From contig JAZNLX010000203.1 of NCBI GenBank assembly GCA_045579325.1, positions 1-27,494 on the forward strand: DNA of 27,494 nucleotides. Reading direction: 5' to 3'. Every line of letters begins with the position of its first letter. Positions within the stretch are counted from its first letter, which is position 1. The DNA comes from Spirochaetia bacterium (GTDB taxonomy: Bacteria; Spirochaetota; Spirochaetia; CADAEX01). Shown piece by piece: positions 16,672-24,811 of the stretch. The position numbers and the translations under genes are program-made. The notes beneath the pieces are model-generated. The model saw only the letters and a list, made by a program, of their open reading frames with translations. It was not told the origin of the DNA and did not search any database.

Positions 16672-17115
16672 TCAGTGATCTACCACGTCTCCGTTTACGA
16701 TCTTGATGACCTGTGTGGTGGATATTCCCTGTGTACGAGGCACTACCACTACACGGCCCTGCTTATAAAGGTGACCGAACCAGTATTTTACATATTCCAT
16801 ATCGTCTGCAGCAATAAAGACTGCATCCACCTTATATTTTTCCATGAATTCATCAACTGCGGCTTCATCCAGGGCATGAGGTCCCCAGGATCTGTCCACG
16901 ATAAGGGCATCATCCACATAGCGGCAGGCCTTGACTATCTCTAGCCTTTCGTTTTCGGAAAAGATAGGTTTTCTCTTCTCCTGCATGGTCAGCTCGTCAG
17001 AATCTATGGTTGCCACCACCTCATTGAACATCTCCTTTGCCCTTTTGAGCAGACGGACATGTCCGATATGAAAAAGATCAAAAACACCGTTTACCGCACA
17101 TCTGTTATATTTCAT
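16672..17115 (-). CDS. HxGH-class cytidylyltransferase (GCT/CCT/ECT family)
   Basis: GVFDLFHIGH, ERLEIVKACRYVD and PRTQGISTT (RTxGISTT). Confidence 0.9.
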   Translation of the reverse strand: MKYNRCAVNGVFDLFHIGHVRLLKRAKEMFNEVVATIDSDELTMQEKRKPIFSENERLEIVKACRYVDDALIVDRSWGPHALDEAAVDEFMEKYKVDAVFIAADDMEYVKYWFGHLYKQGRVVVVPRTQGISTTQVIKIVNGDVVDH

Positions 17116-17120
17116 GTCTG

Positions 17121-18425
17121 TTACCTTCCTACTGCGAGATACGTAAAACCGGCCTTTTCCATGGCCTTTCTGTCATATATGTTCCGGAGATCTGCAAAAA
17201 CATTCCCCTTCATTGCTTCCATAACCCTGTCTGCATCCAGAGAACAGAACTGCTTCCATTCTGTAAGGAGAACTGCGGCATCAGCTCCGGATACGGTTTC
17301 ATAAGGATCTGTGCAGTATTTTATACTGTCTCCGAGGATCTTTTCCGCCTCTGTCATTCCTTCCGGATCGCAGGCTGTGATTTCCGCCCCTTCCCTGATA
17401 AGCTCCGGAATGATAACCAATGCAGGGGATTCTCTCATGTCATCGGTTTCAGGCTTGAATGTAAGCCCGAGAATACCGATTTTCTTTCCCTTCAGACCTC
17501 CTCCGAGGGCATCCTTGATTTTCTGAGCCATCCTGAGTTTCTGTCCGTGGTTTACGGCTGTCACAGCCTCCAGTATTTCGGACTTCAGGCCGTTATCCCT
17601 GAAAATCCTGATAAGGGCCGAAACATCCTTCGGAAAGCAGGAGCCTCCGTATCCCGGTCCGGCCTGAAGGAACTTTGATCCTATACGGCTGTCAAAGCCC
17701 ATTCCTTTGGCCACATCCCGCACATCTGCCCCTGTTTTTTCGCAGAGGGAGGATATTTCATTGATAAAGGATATCTTGGCAGCAAGAAATGCGTTGCTGG
17801 CATATTTGATAAGCTCGGCGGTTTCGGTATTTGTCATGAAGACTGTGGTTCCGGTATCGGCAAGAGGAGCATAGATTGTCCTCATCACAGCCCTGGCACG
17901 GGAGCTTTCCGTACCTATGACAACACGGTCCGGCTTGAGAAAATCGTCTATTGCAGAACCTTCCCTGAGAAATTCGGGATTGGATGCCACATCAAAGTCA
18001 GCTTCCGGATTCTCCTCTCTGATAACCTGAGCCACCTTTTCGGCGGTTCCCACCGGCACTGTACTCTTGTCTACGATTACGGTATATCCGCGGAGATGGG
18101 AGGCGAGTTCCTTTGCCGCCGCAAATACGTATGACAGATCGGCATGACCGTCTCCGCGCCTGGAAGGGGTTCCCACCGCAATGAAAACTGCATCTGACTC
18201 CTCGATATGAGGTGCGTAATCCATGGAAAAACCCAGTCTTCCCGCTTCCACGTTCCTTTTTACCAGAACATCAAGTCCGGGTTCGTAAATCGGGATCCGT
18301 CCCTCCAGAAGGGCACCGATCCTTTCTTCGCTCTTGTCTATACAAACCACATCCCAGCCGAATTCCGCAAAGCAGGTTCCAGAAACAAGCCCTACGTATC
18401 CGGTTCCGATGACAGATATCTTCAT
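17121..18425 (-). CDS. ugd: UDP-glucose 6-dehydrogenase
   Basis: IGTGYVG, FIAVGTP, KSTVPVGT, SNPEFLREG, AELIKYASNAFLA, GPGYGGSCFPKD (catalytic Cys), GLTFKPETDDMRES. Start re-assigned to the ATG at 18425 (MKISVIG; GAGG RBS). Confidence 0.95.
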   Translation of the reverse strand: MKISVIGTGYVGLVSGTCFAEFGWDVVCIDKSEERIGALLEGRIPIYEPGLDVLVKRNVEAGRLGFSMDYAPHIEESDAVFIAVGTPSRRGDGHADLSYVFAAAKELASHLRGYTVIVDKSTVPVGTAEKVAQVIREENPEADFDVASNPEFLREGSAIDDFLKPDRVVIGTESSRARAVMRTIYAPLADTGTTVFMTNTETAELIKYASNAFLAAKISFINEISSLCEKTGADVRDVAKGMGFDSRIGSKFLQAGPGYGGSCFPKDVSALIRIFRDNGLKSEILEAVTAVNHGQKLRMAQKIKDALGGGLKGKKIGILGLTFKPETDDMRESPALVIIPELIREGAEITACDPEGMTEAEKILGDSIKYCTDPYETVSGADAAVLLTEWKQFCSLDADRVMEAMKGNVFADLRNIYDRKAMEKAGFTYLAVGR

Positions 18426-18432
18426 TTTTCCT

Positions 18433-19677
18433 CTACTTTGAACCAAACCCTGTAAGAATGGTCTTGACTGTTTTTATAAAAATGAGGAGATCCAGCCAGA
18501 AGCCCATATATTTGACATAATAAAGGTCGTAGCTGAGTTTTTCCTCTGTTTCCTCCACTCCGGCTGCATATCCCTGAACCACCTGCGCCCAGCCTGTGAT
18601 TCCCGGCGATGTCAGATGCCTGTATGCATAGAAAGGAATCTCCCTTTCAAATTCCTTGACAAAGCAGACCTGTTCCGGTCTAGGCCCGATAAGGCTCATG
18701 TCCCCCTTGAACACATTTACCAGCTGCGGAAGCTCGTCTATCCTGAACTTTCTGAGGAACTTGCCCATAGGAATTATTCTGCTGTCATTGGTGCAGGTGA
18801 ACTTGGCCCCCTGAGCCTCCGATTCAGTAATCATGGTCCTGAACTTGTACATTCTGAAAGGCTTTCCGCCCCTTCCCACCCTTTCCTGGATAAAAAGAAC
18901 CGGCCCCTTAGAATTGGACTTGATAAGGATCACTGCAAAAAGGCAGAGCGGAAGCACCACCGGCAGTGCAAGAATTATGGTAAAGCATTCGAGAAAACGC
19001 TTAACTGCAAAATAGATTTTCGGAATTCTGAATCCTGAAACCACACCGGAGGAAAGATGCCTGAGGGAAATCCTTCCCGTTACTTTCTCGTAAACGGTGG
19101 CCGCATGGTAAATCGGAATGTTGGTCAGGCTGACATTGGCAATGAAGCGCATCCATTCAGGAGAAATCTTTTCGTGGTAATCGATGATGATTCCGTCACA
19201 GCCCTTATGAAGCTCAGGCTTTTCCAGAAGTTCCCACCTGCGGCTCCCTTTGGATGCCAGCTCGAAACCAAGTCCCACAGGACAGATCAGATAGAAAAGG
19301 CTTTTCGGATTCCGGTACATGTAGAGCCCCAGTCCGATCCAGAAAACGGTGAACAAATAGAAAATCACCAGGAATTTTCTTGAATAATAGACCCTGCCTA
19401 CTGCGATTACCGAAAGCATGATGCAGAGCACAACGGTTATGACAAAAGCCGCAATACCCAGCTGCTCCCGGAAAGAAAAGCGCTTAATCCTCAGCGACAC
19501 TATGCCGGCTGCAAGATATCCGAGAATACATATCGAAAGAAAGGTCCTTTTATAAATTGCATCCCAGAATCTGAAATCCCCGTAAACCAGATAATAGGTT
19601 CCGAAAATCATCACCACCATTCCGAGAACAGTCCATACAAGTGCCTTTATAAGAGAACTGTCAATCTTGTTTTTCAT
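18433..19677 (-). CDS. Initiating polyprenyl-phosphate phosphoglycosyl transferase (WcaJ/WbaP family)
   Basis: Four N-terminal TM segments, KRFLE, MYKFRTM, RIDELPQLVNVFKGDMSLIGPRPE, PGITGWAQV, DLYYV. Start re-assigned to the ATG at 19677 (GGAG RBS). Confidence 0.92.
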   Translation of the reverse strand: MKNKIDSSLIKALVWTVLGMVVMIFGTYYLVYGDFRFWDAIYKRTFLSICILGYLAAGIVSLRIKRFSFREQLGIAAFVITVVLCIMLSVIAVGRVYYSRKFLVIFYLFTVFWIGLGLYMYRNPKSLFYLICPVGLGFELASKGSRRWELLEKPELHKGCDGIIIDYHEKISPEWMRFIANVSLTNIPIYHAATVYEKVTGRISLRHLSSGVVSGFRIPKIYFAVKRFLECFTIILALPVVLPLCLFAVILIKSNSKGPVLFIQERVGRGGKPFRMYKFRTMITESEAQGAKFTCTNDSRIIPMGKFLRKFRIDELPQLVNVFKGDMSLIGPRPEQVCFVKEFEREIPFYAYRHLTSPGITGWAQVVQGYAAGVEETEEKLSYDLYYVKYMGFWLDLLIFIKTVKTILTGFGSK

Positions 19678-20770
19678 TCTTCTCCCTTTCCCCCACACAG
19701 GTAAATGCATATGCAAAAGTCAGAAGCGGTATGTAAATATTGGTCCTGTAACGAATGGCCGCTCCCGGATTCATTACCCCTTGGATATACTGGGCAAAAA
19801 GCAGAAGCACAACTGCCGCAAATCCGAATATCAACCACTGATAGTATACACTGAATTTCCTGAAAATATACACCGGCGCCTTGCGGAGAAGATAAACGAA
19901 GGAAAGCAGCAGAAAGCAGTTTTCGACAAAGGTTGCCTTATGCAGCACCGACTTTCCCAGCTCGGCCAGAGAAGGACCCCACAGGGAGAGTGGCATGAGG
20001 TACGGCATCTTGCGGATAAAGTCAAAATGCTCGGTAAAGACAGGCGCTCTCGTAGAACGGGCGGTACTTCTGTATATGGTATGGAGCTTGTTTAATGTAT
20101 AGGTGTCTATCTTGTAACGGCACAAGTAAAAGGCCCCGAACATGCACAGCACCATGATTATCAGCAGCACAAGCTCGGTTTTCCAGGAAAGCGTTATTCT
20201 CTGCCTTACGAAAATATAGACAATGGAAAGCACCAGAAACGGTATGTAGTAGAACTTGATGACACAGATGAACCATACGGCAAAAATCAGCGGAACCGAA
20301 AATTTTACCGGTTCTCCCTTGAAGAACTTAATGATCTGGGCACAGACGATTCCCATGGAGAAAACCACCAACGCCTCCTTGCTGGCAGTGGATGACCATA
20401 CGGTGAACGAAGGGCTGAAGCAGAGCAGAATCAGGAAGGTGTACATTTTGGTATTGGCTGTTTTTGCGGCCTTGAGCAAAGTCCTGATTCCGTACCAGGC
20501 AAGACAGGCAAAAACCACGTGCACGAGAACCCTTACCTGAAGCACGCTGCTTACGGTACCGACAACCAGCCTCGGCAGAAGAACCCAGTCGGTGAATACA
20601 CGGTGACTATACTCCTGAAACATCTGGGCAGGTCTTGAATTGAGATAGAGATTAACATCACCCAGCCTTGTCAGATTGGCTATGACATATTCCGCCAGAA
20701 AAGAAAAAATTATCCTGTAGAAAAGGAGGTATGTTATAAGTTTGTCAGGGGTGAAATGTCGGTTCTTCAA
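19661..20770 (-). CDS. Polytopic membrane protein, Wzy polymerase- or ligase-like
   Basis: About 9-10 hydrophobic segments with RLGDVNLY near the N-terminus, SKEA and GAAIRYR near the C-terminus. First gene of a Wzx operon. TTG start with strong RBS AAGGTGAGG. Confidence 0.55.
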   Translation of the reverse strand: MKNRHFTPDKLITYLLFYRIIFSFLAEYVIANLTRLGDVNLYLNSRPAQMFQEYSHRVFTDWVLLPRLVVGTVSSVLQVRVLVHVVFACLAWYGIRTLLKAAKTANTKMYTFLILLCFSPSFTVWSSTASKEALVVFSMGIVCAQIIKFFKGEPVKFSVPLIFAVWFICVIKFYYIPFLVLSIVYIFVRQRITLSWKTELVLLIIMVLCMFGAFYLCRYKIDTYTLNKLHTIYRSTARSTRAPVFTEHFDFIRKMPYLMPLSLWGPSLAELGKSVLHKATFVENCFLLLSFVYLLRKAPVYIFRKFSVYYQWLIFGFAAVVLLLFAQYIQGVMNPGAAIRYRTNIYIPLLTFAYAFTCVGEREKNEKQD

Positions 20771-20779
20771 AGCCTCACC

Positions 20780-20809
20780 TTGCTAAAATATTATAATTTG
20801 ATATATTAT
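20780..20809 (+). promoter_or_regulatory. Sigma70 promoter for the ABC ATPase
   Basis: TTGCTA (20780-20785), 18 bp, TATTAT (20804-20809). RBS-like AGGA at 20822-20825. Confidence 0.45.
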
Positions 20810-20833
20810 ATATTTAGTAATAGGAAAAATCAA
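20805..20833 (-). promoter_or_regulatory. Sigma70 promoter for the 18-gene glycan/CotH operon
   Basis: On the minus strand: TTGATT (20833-20828), exactly 17 bp, then a perfect TATAAT (20810-20805). It lies in the only sizeable intergenic gap (62 bp) upstream of the operon. Confidence 0.65.
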
Positions 20834-21534
20834 TGTCCATAATAAAACTGGAAAATGTAAAAAAATATTATACACTGGGAAAAACAGAGGTTTCGGCTAT
20901 CAAGGGAGTTTCCTTTGATATTGACGGAGGAGACTTTGTATCCATCATCGGTCCTTCGGGATCGGGTAAGTCAACCATCCTCAACATGATCGGATGTATA
21001 GATGTTCCATCTGAGGGAAAAGTCATCATCAACGGCAGGGAAACATCTCATCTCTCAGACAGGGAGATAACCGAACTGCGCCACGATGTCCTGGGCTTTA
21101 TTTTCCAGTCCTTCAACCTGCTTCCTGTACTGAATGTATACGAAAATATCGAGTTTCCTTTCCTTATCGGCAAGAAAAAGTATTCGTCTGCCGAAAAAAA
21201 GGAACACCGGGATTATATCAACCAGCTTATCGAAGCGGTAGGGCTTACTAAATGGAAAGACCACCGTCCCAACGAGCTTTCGGGAGGGCAGCGCCAGAGA
21301 GTTGCCATTGCCCGTGCCCTGGCGACAAAGCCGAAGGTCATACTGGCAGACGAACCTACTGCAAACCTGGACAGCAAGACCGGAGAGGACATCATTGCCC
21401 TTATGAAGAAGATCAACAAAGATCTGGGGACAACCTTTATTTTCTCCACCCACGACCAGAACATATTCTCAATTGCAGATCACGTAATCCGTCTCAAGGA
21501 CGGCCTTGTGGCAGAAGATTTCAGACAGCACTGA
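20833..21534 (+). CDS. ABC transporter ATP-binding protein, LolD/MacB family
   Basis: Walker A GPSGSGKST, signature LSGGQRQR, Walker B/D-loop ILADEPTANLD, H-loop STHD. Confidence 0.95.
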   Translation: MSIIKLENVKKYYTLGKTEVSAIKGVSFDIDGGDFVSIIGPSGSGKSTILNMIGCIDVPSEGKVIINGRETSHLSDREITELRHDVLGFIFQSFNLLPVLNVYENIEFPFLIGKKKYSSAEKKEHRDYINQLIEAVGLTKWKDHRPNELSGGQRQRVAIARALATKPKVILADEPTANLDSKTGEDIIALMKKINKDLGTTFIFSTHDQNIFSIADHVIRLKDGLVAEDFRQH

Positions 21535-21536
21535 TT

Positions 21537-22739
21537 TCAGAAGCTTGAGGAAATTTCCACAAACAGGGTAAATGCCAGCTTTGTGGTAATCGGGAAGTCA
21601 TCGTAGAAGTCATCATCCAGCTCCTTGTCTCCGTAAGTCCAAGGCACCGCAAAATTTATCTTTACATGCTTCCAAGGAGATACGCTGAGTCCTCCGATGA
21701 ACTGACCTGAATCGCTCTCTACGGAATGAAGCCATTTGAGTCCCAGGCTGATTGGGGTACCGAACATATCTTCCCAGTTGGTAGCCAGACCCAGACAGTG
21801 GTCAGGATCATCCTCTATGCGGCCGTCATAATAATATTCGCCGTAAAGCCTGTAGGTGTCGTTCCAGTCTTTATAGAATCCCACAAGTGCCTCGTGGGTA
21901 TATTCGTCAAGGGAATTATGAGTCAGGACATAGTCGTGAAAAAGATCTGTTCCCAGAACGGAAGTCTTTATTCCTCCCATAAGCTTTTCCCCGTCCGCAT
22001 CATTATAGAAGCCGGAAACAGTGAAATTCACACTGCCGAAGGTCTTGTCTGCCAGGCCGGCAAAGGAAACCTCATCCTTGTGCAGCTTGTTCTTGTCTCC
22101 GGTATGAGGGCGCTTCTTGTAAAGGGAAACCAGGGAAACCCCGTCCAGCATGTTCGGCAGCGACATCCTGAAAGCGGTGCCGTCCTCACAGTTATCCATA
22201 AAGTCTGCAGGTCTGAAAAGGCGGCCGTGTCCCCAGGTCATGTAGAATTTTCCAAGTCTGAGATAGGCCTGATCCAACCAGTTGTAATCGCAGTAAAGCT
22301 CATCCGCCTCCAGCATTGACCATGTATCGCTCCCTTCATCGGAATCCAGCTCTGTCTTAAGCTTTCCGAAAATACGGATAGTGGAATCGGGTCTGATGTC
22401 AAAAGATACGGTAGCCTTGGAATAGGCACCGGCAACCACCTCCGGCTTTTCGGAAGGGGGAATCTCATCCCAGCCTATACCGCCACCGCCGCGGACCAGA
22501 AAATGCCCCTTTACGGTAACCTTGTCGCTTTGTTCAAACTGATTGCGGTAATCTATATTGTTGGTTACTTCTATTACGATATCTTCCTGCGGCTCTTCGA
22601 AGATGTTATCCAGATCGGGCTGGATATCAGGTTCTACTGTTTTTTCTGTTCCCGGATCCACCACATCAAGCTCTGCCTCCGCATATATGGAAAGAGGAAG
22701 CATCAGGACAATAAAAGCTGCAGCAAGAAATTTTTTCAA
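21537..22739 (-). CDS. Putative outer-membrane beta-barrel protein
   Basis: Signal peptide (MKKFLAAAFIVLMLPLSIYA-E), acidic N-terminal extension, amphipathic strands (ELYCDY..AYLRLGKFYMTWGHG) and C-terminal Phe (FTLFVEISSSF). TTG start. Confidence 0.65.
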   Translation of the reverse strand: MKKFLAAAFIVLMLPLSIYAEAELDVVDPGTEKTVEPDIQPDLDNIFEEPQEDIVIEVTNNIDYRNQFEQSDKVTVKGHFLVRGGGGIGWDEIPPSEKPEVVAGAYSKATVSFDIRPDSTIRIFGKLKTELDSDEGSDTWSMLEADELYCDYNWLDQAYLRLGKFYMTWGHGRLFRPADFMDNCEDGTAFRMSLPNMLDGVSLVSLYKKRPHTGDKNKLHKDEVSFAGLADKTFGSVNFTVSGFYNDADGEKLMGGIKTSVLGTDLFHDYVLTHNSLDEYTHEALVGFYKDWNDTYRLYGEYYYDGRIEDDPDHCLGLATNWEDMFGTPISLGLKWLHSVESDSGQFIGGLSVSPWKHVKINFAVPWTYGDKELDDDFYDDFPITTKLAFTLFVEISSSF

Positions 22740-22745
22740 TTGTTT

Positions 22746-23516
22746 TTACCGATTCACCTTTTCAAGATATTCTTTAGTATACAGGGAATCGGGTTGTTTG
22801 TTAAGAGATGGATTCTTTATTGTCACCATGGTTCTTTCGTATTCTGTCTTATCCCCCACCCTGCGGAACACAAGATGGTCCTGAATTACGATATTCACGG
22901 GAACCCAGCGGTCGGCAACCTTCTGATAGCGCGGAATGGCCGAAGTTCTCATGAGATTTCCCGAAAGGCTGTAATCTTCTATCTTGCGGACAAGCATGTC
23001 ATCAGATACCCAGATCTTTACCTTAGGGAATGAAACCTTGTTGTTTTTTGCCTTCAGGATAAATACGTTACAGTTGAACTTGCCTAAAGTTTCCTGCTTT
23101 ACGCTTTCAATGCTGTAATCCTTTGAATATGCGGAACCTGTAAAATCGGAAATACGGAAGCTTGAATTCTCGAACCTGTCCCTTGCAGAGGTAAAGGTAA
23201 AGCTTTTTCCGATAGGGTCATAGAGCCAGAGATTGTCTCCCAGCTTGAGATATCCCTTGCCCTTGTCTGATACCGGCTGGAGAATCAGAACCAGGAACTT
23301 TGCATCCCTGTCCCTGCGGAACATGGCAGCCACTGTGGTGGAGGAAGATCCGTCCGGATCCTTCTTTACAATGGTATATTCTGCCGAAAGATCGCTTTCC
23401 ATAAATGCAACCTGGCTGTCAACCTGTCTGAGCATCTGTTCATAGTCTGCCTCCTGGGCAGATACTGAAGTTACGGCAAGCAATGCTATAATAGCGATAA
23501 ACAAAATCTTTTTCAC
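22746..23516 (-). CDS. LolA-like 'outer membrane lipoprotein-sorting protein'
   Basis: Start re-assigned to the GTG at 23516 (AAGGA RBS; signal peptide MKKILFIAIIALLAVTSVSA-Q). KGKGYLKLGDNLWLYDP, SFRISDF, YQKVADRWVP and YTKEYLE match this family from memory. Confidence 0.8.
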   Translation of the reverse strand: MKKILFIAIIALLAVTSVSAQEADYEQMLRQVDSQVAFMESDLSAEYTIVKKDPDGSSSTTVAAMFRRDRDAKFLVLILQPVSDKGKGYLKLGDNLWLYDPIGKSFTFTSARDRFENSSFRISDFTGSAYSKDYSIESVKQETLGKFNCNVFILKAKNNKVSFPKVKIWVSDDMLVRKIEDYSLSGNLMRTSAIPRYQKVADRWVPVNIVIQDHLVFRRVGDKTEYERTMVTIKNPSLNKQPDSLYTKEYLEKVNR

Positions 23517-23520
23517 GGTA

Positions 23521-24810
23521 TCATTCCTTTCTGAGAGCTTCTGCAGGCGGCATAAGAGAGGCCTTTCTTGCAGGTCCCCAGGCAGCGGCAACAACTGCAG
23601 CTGTCATAAATACAAGATTGAGAAGCACTGTCCTGAGGCTGACAAAGAACTGAAGTCTGCCGTTCTCGGTAAACATTCCGGCCACGGATATGCCTCGTAA
23701 ATCAAACAGTCCGATAAAGTAAAAAGTTACAAAACCGAGCACCAGCCCTATTGCAGAGGAAATGACAGCCAGCATTACAGCCTCGTAGATAAAGATCTTC
23801 TTTACGGAAGAGGACTGCATTCCCATGGCTCTCATGGTTCCTATTTCCTTGGTGCGCTCATACACAAGCACCCGGTATGTGTTCAGAATTCCCATCATGA
23901 CAATGAGAAGAAATACAAAAAGGACAAAGTAAGTACAGATGACAAAGGCATCAAGAAGGTTCTTCAGCTGCTCCAGCTGGGCATCCACGGACATGACAGC
24001 AGCTATCTCCTCGTTGTTGTCCCTGTTGCCGGCTCTGTAACGGCTGAAATCCTTTCTGGTATTTATTGGAGGAAAAACATCCTTGGTTTCGTCCAGTGCG
24101 CTGCGGATCTGTTCTGTCAGTTTGGGAATATCGGCCCCTTCCCTGGCATAAACCGCAACCTCTGTGGCCCAGTCATGCTCCTTGTTCATAAGAAGATTAA
24201 GGATTTCCCGGTTCATGTAGGCGGCATATCCGAAGATATTGGTTTCTCCGAAAATTCCCTTGACTACCAGGTTTGCCACGTTGTACTGCCCTTCGATGGT
24301 CTTGATGTAAATAAGGATATCATCTCCCAGACGGGCTCCCAGAAGACGGGCTGCTTCCGTACTGATTATGATTCCGTTCTTTCCGTCCTCTCCCAGCATG
24401 TTCTCCATGGAGCCTTCCACAAACGGAAGCTTGGAAAGTTCGGCTCCTTCAGTCCTGAAATCGGCACCTATGGCCCTGAGAAGACGGATATAGTTTCCGC
24501 CGAAGAAAAGACGTACCTCGCTGCCGTAGTAGATGGTTCTGGGGGAAATTGTCCTGACAGGGAGCTTCTTTTCCTTGATGATATTAATATATTCCTTTGA
24601 ATCGGGAATGGACATTCCGGTATTTTCAAAGCCGTACACGATAACATGACCTGAGAAATAACGAGCTGCCTTGGTCTTGATGGTTTCCAGGGCTCCGTAG
24701 GAAAGGCCTGTAAGAACCGTAATGAGCATGAAGCCCACCGCAATGGCCAGCCCCATGAGGGCATAACGCTTACGCTGAAGGAAAAGGTTTCTGAGTGCTA
24801 TACGGAACAT
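23521..24810 (-). CDS. ABC transporter permease, FtsX/LolE/MacB family
   Basis: IALRNLF..RKR, one TM, a large periplasmic domain, then ILNTYRVLVYERTKEIGTMRAMG and three C-terminal TMs ending PARKASLMPPAEALR. Confidence 0.9.
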   Translation of the reverse strand: MFRIALRNLFLQRKRYALMGLAIAVGFMLITVLTGLSYGALETIKTKAARYFSGHVIVYGFENTGMSIPDSKEYINIIKEKKLPVRTISPRTIYYGSEVRLFFGGNYIRLLRAIGADFRTEGAELSKLPFVEGSMENMLGEDGKNGIIISTEAARLLGARLGDDILIYIKTIEGQYNVANLVVKGIFGETNIFGYAAYMNREILNLLMNKEHDWATEVAVYAREGADIPKLTEQIRSALDETKDVFPPINTRKDFSRYRAGNRDNNEEIAAVMSVDAQLEQLKNLLDAFVICTYFVLFVFLLIVMMGILNTYRVLVYERTKEIGTMRAMGMQSSSVKKIFIYEAVMLAVISSAIGLVLGFVTFYFIGLFDLRGISVAGMFTENGRLQFFVSLRTVLLNLVFMTAAVVAAAWGPARKASLMPPAEALRKE

Positions 24811-24811
24811 G

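Noticed and set aside
20771-21541. ATPase gene as an invertible (phase-variable) segment
   Set aside because: No convincing inverted repeats at the ends and no recombinase in the window. The 9-bp GATTTCAGA repeat (21517, 21533) is direct, short and within coding sequence.
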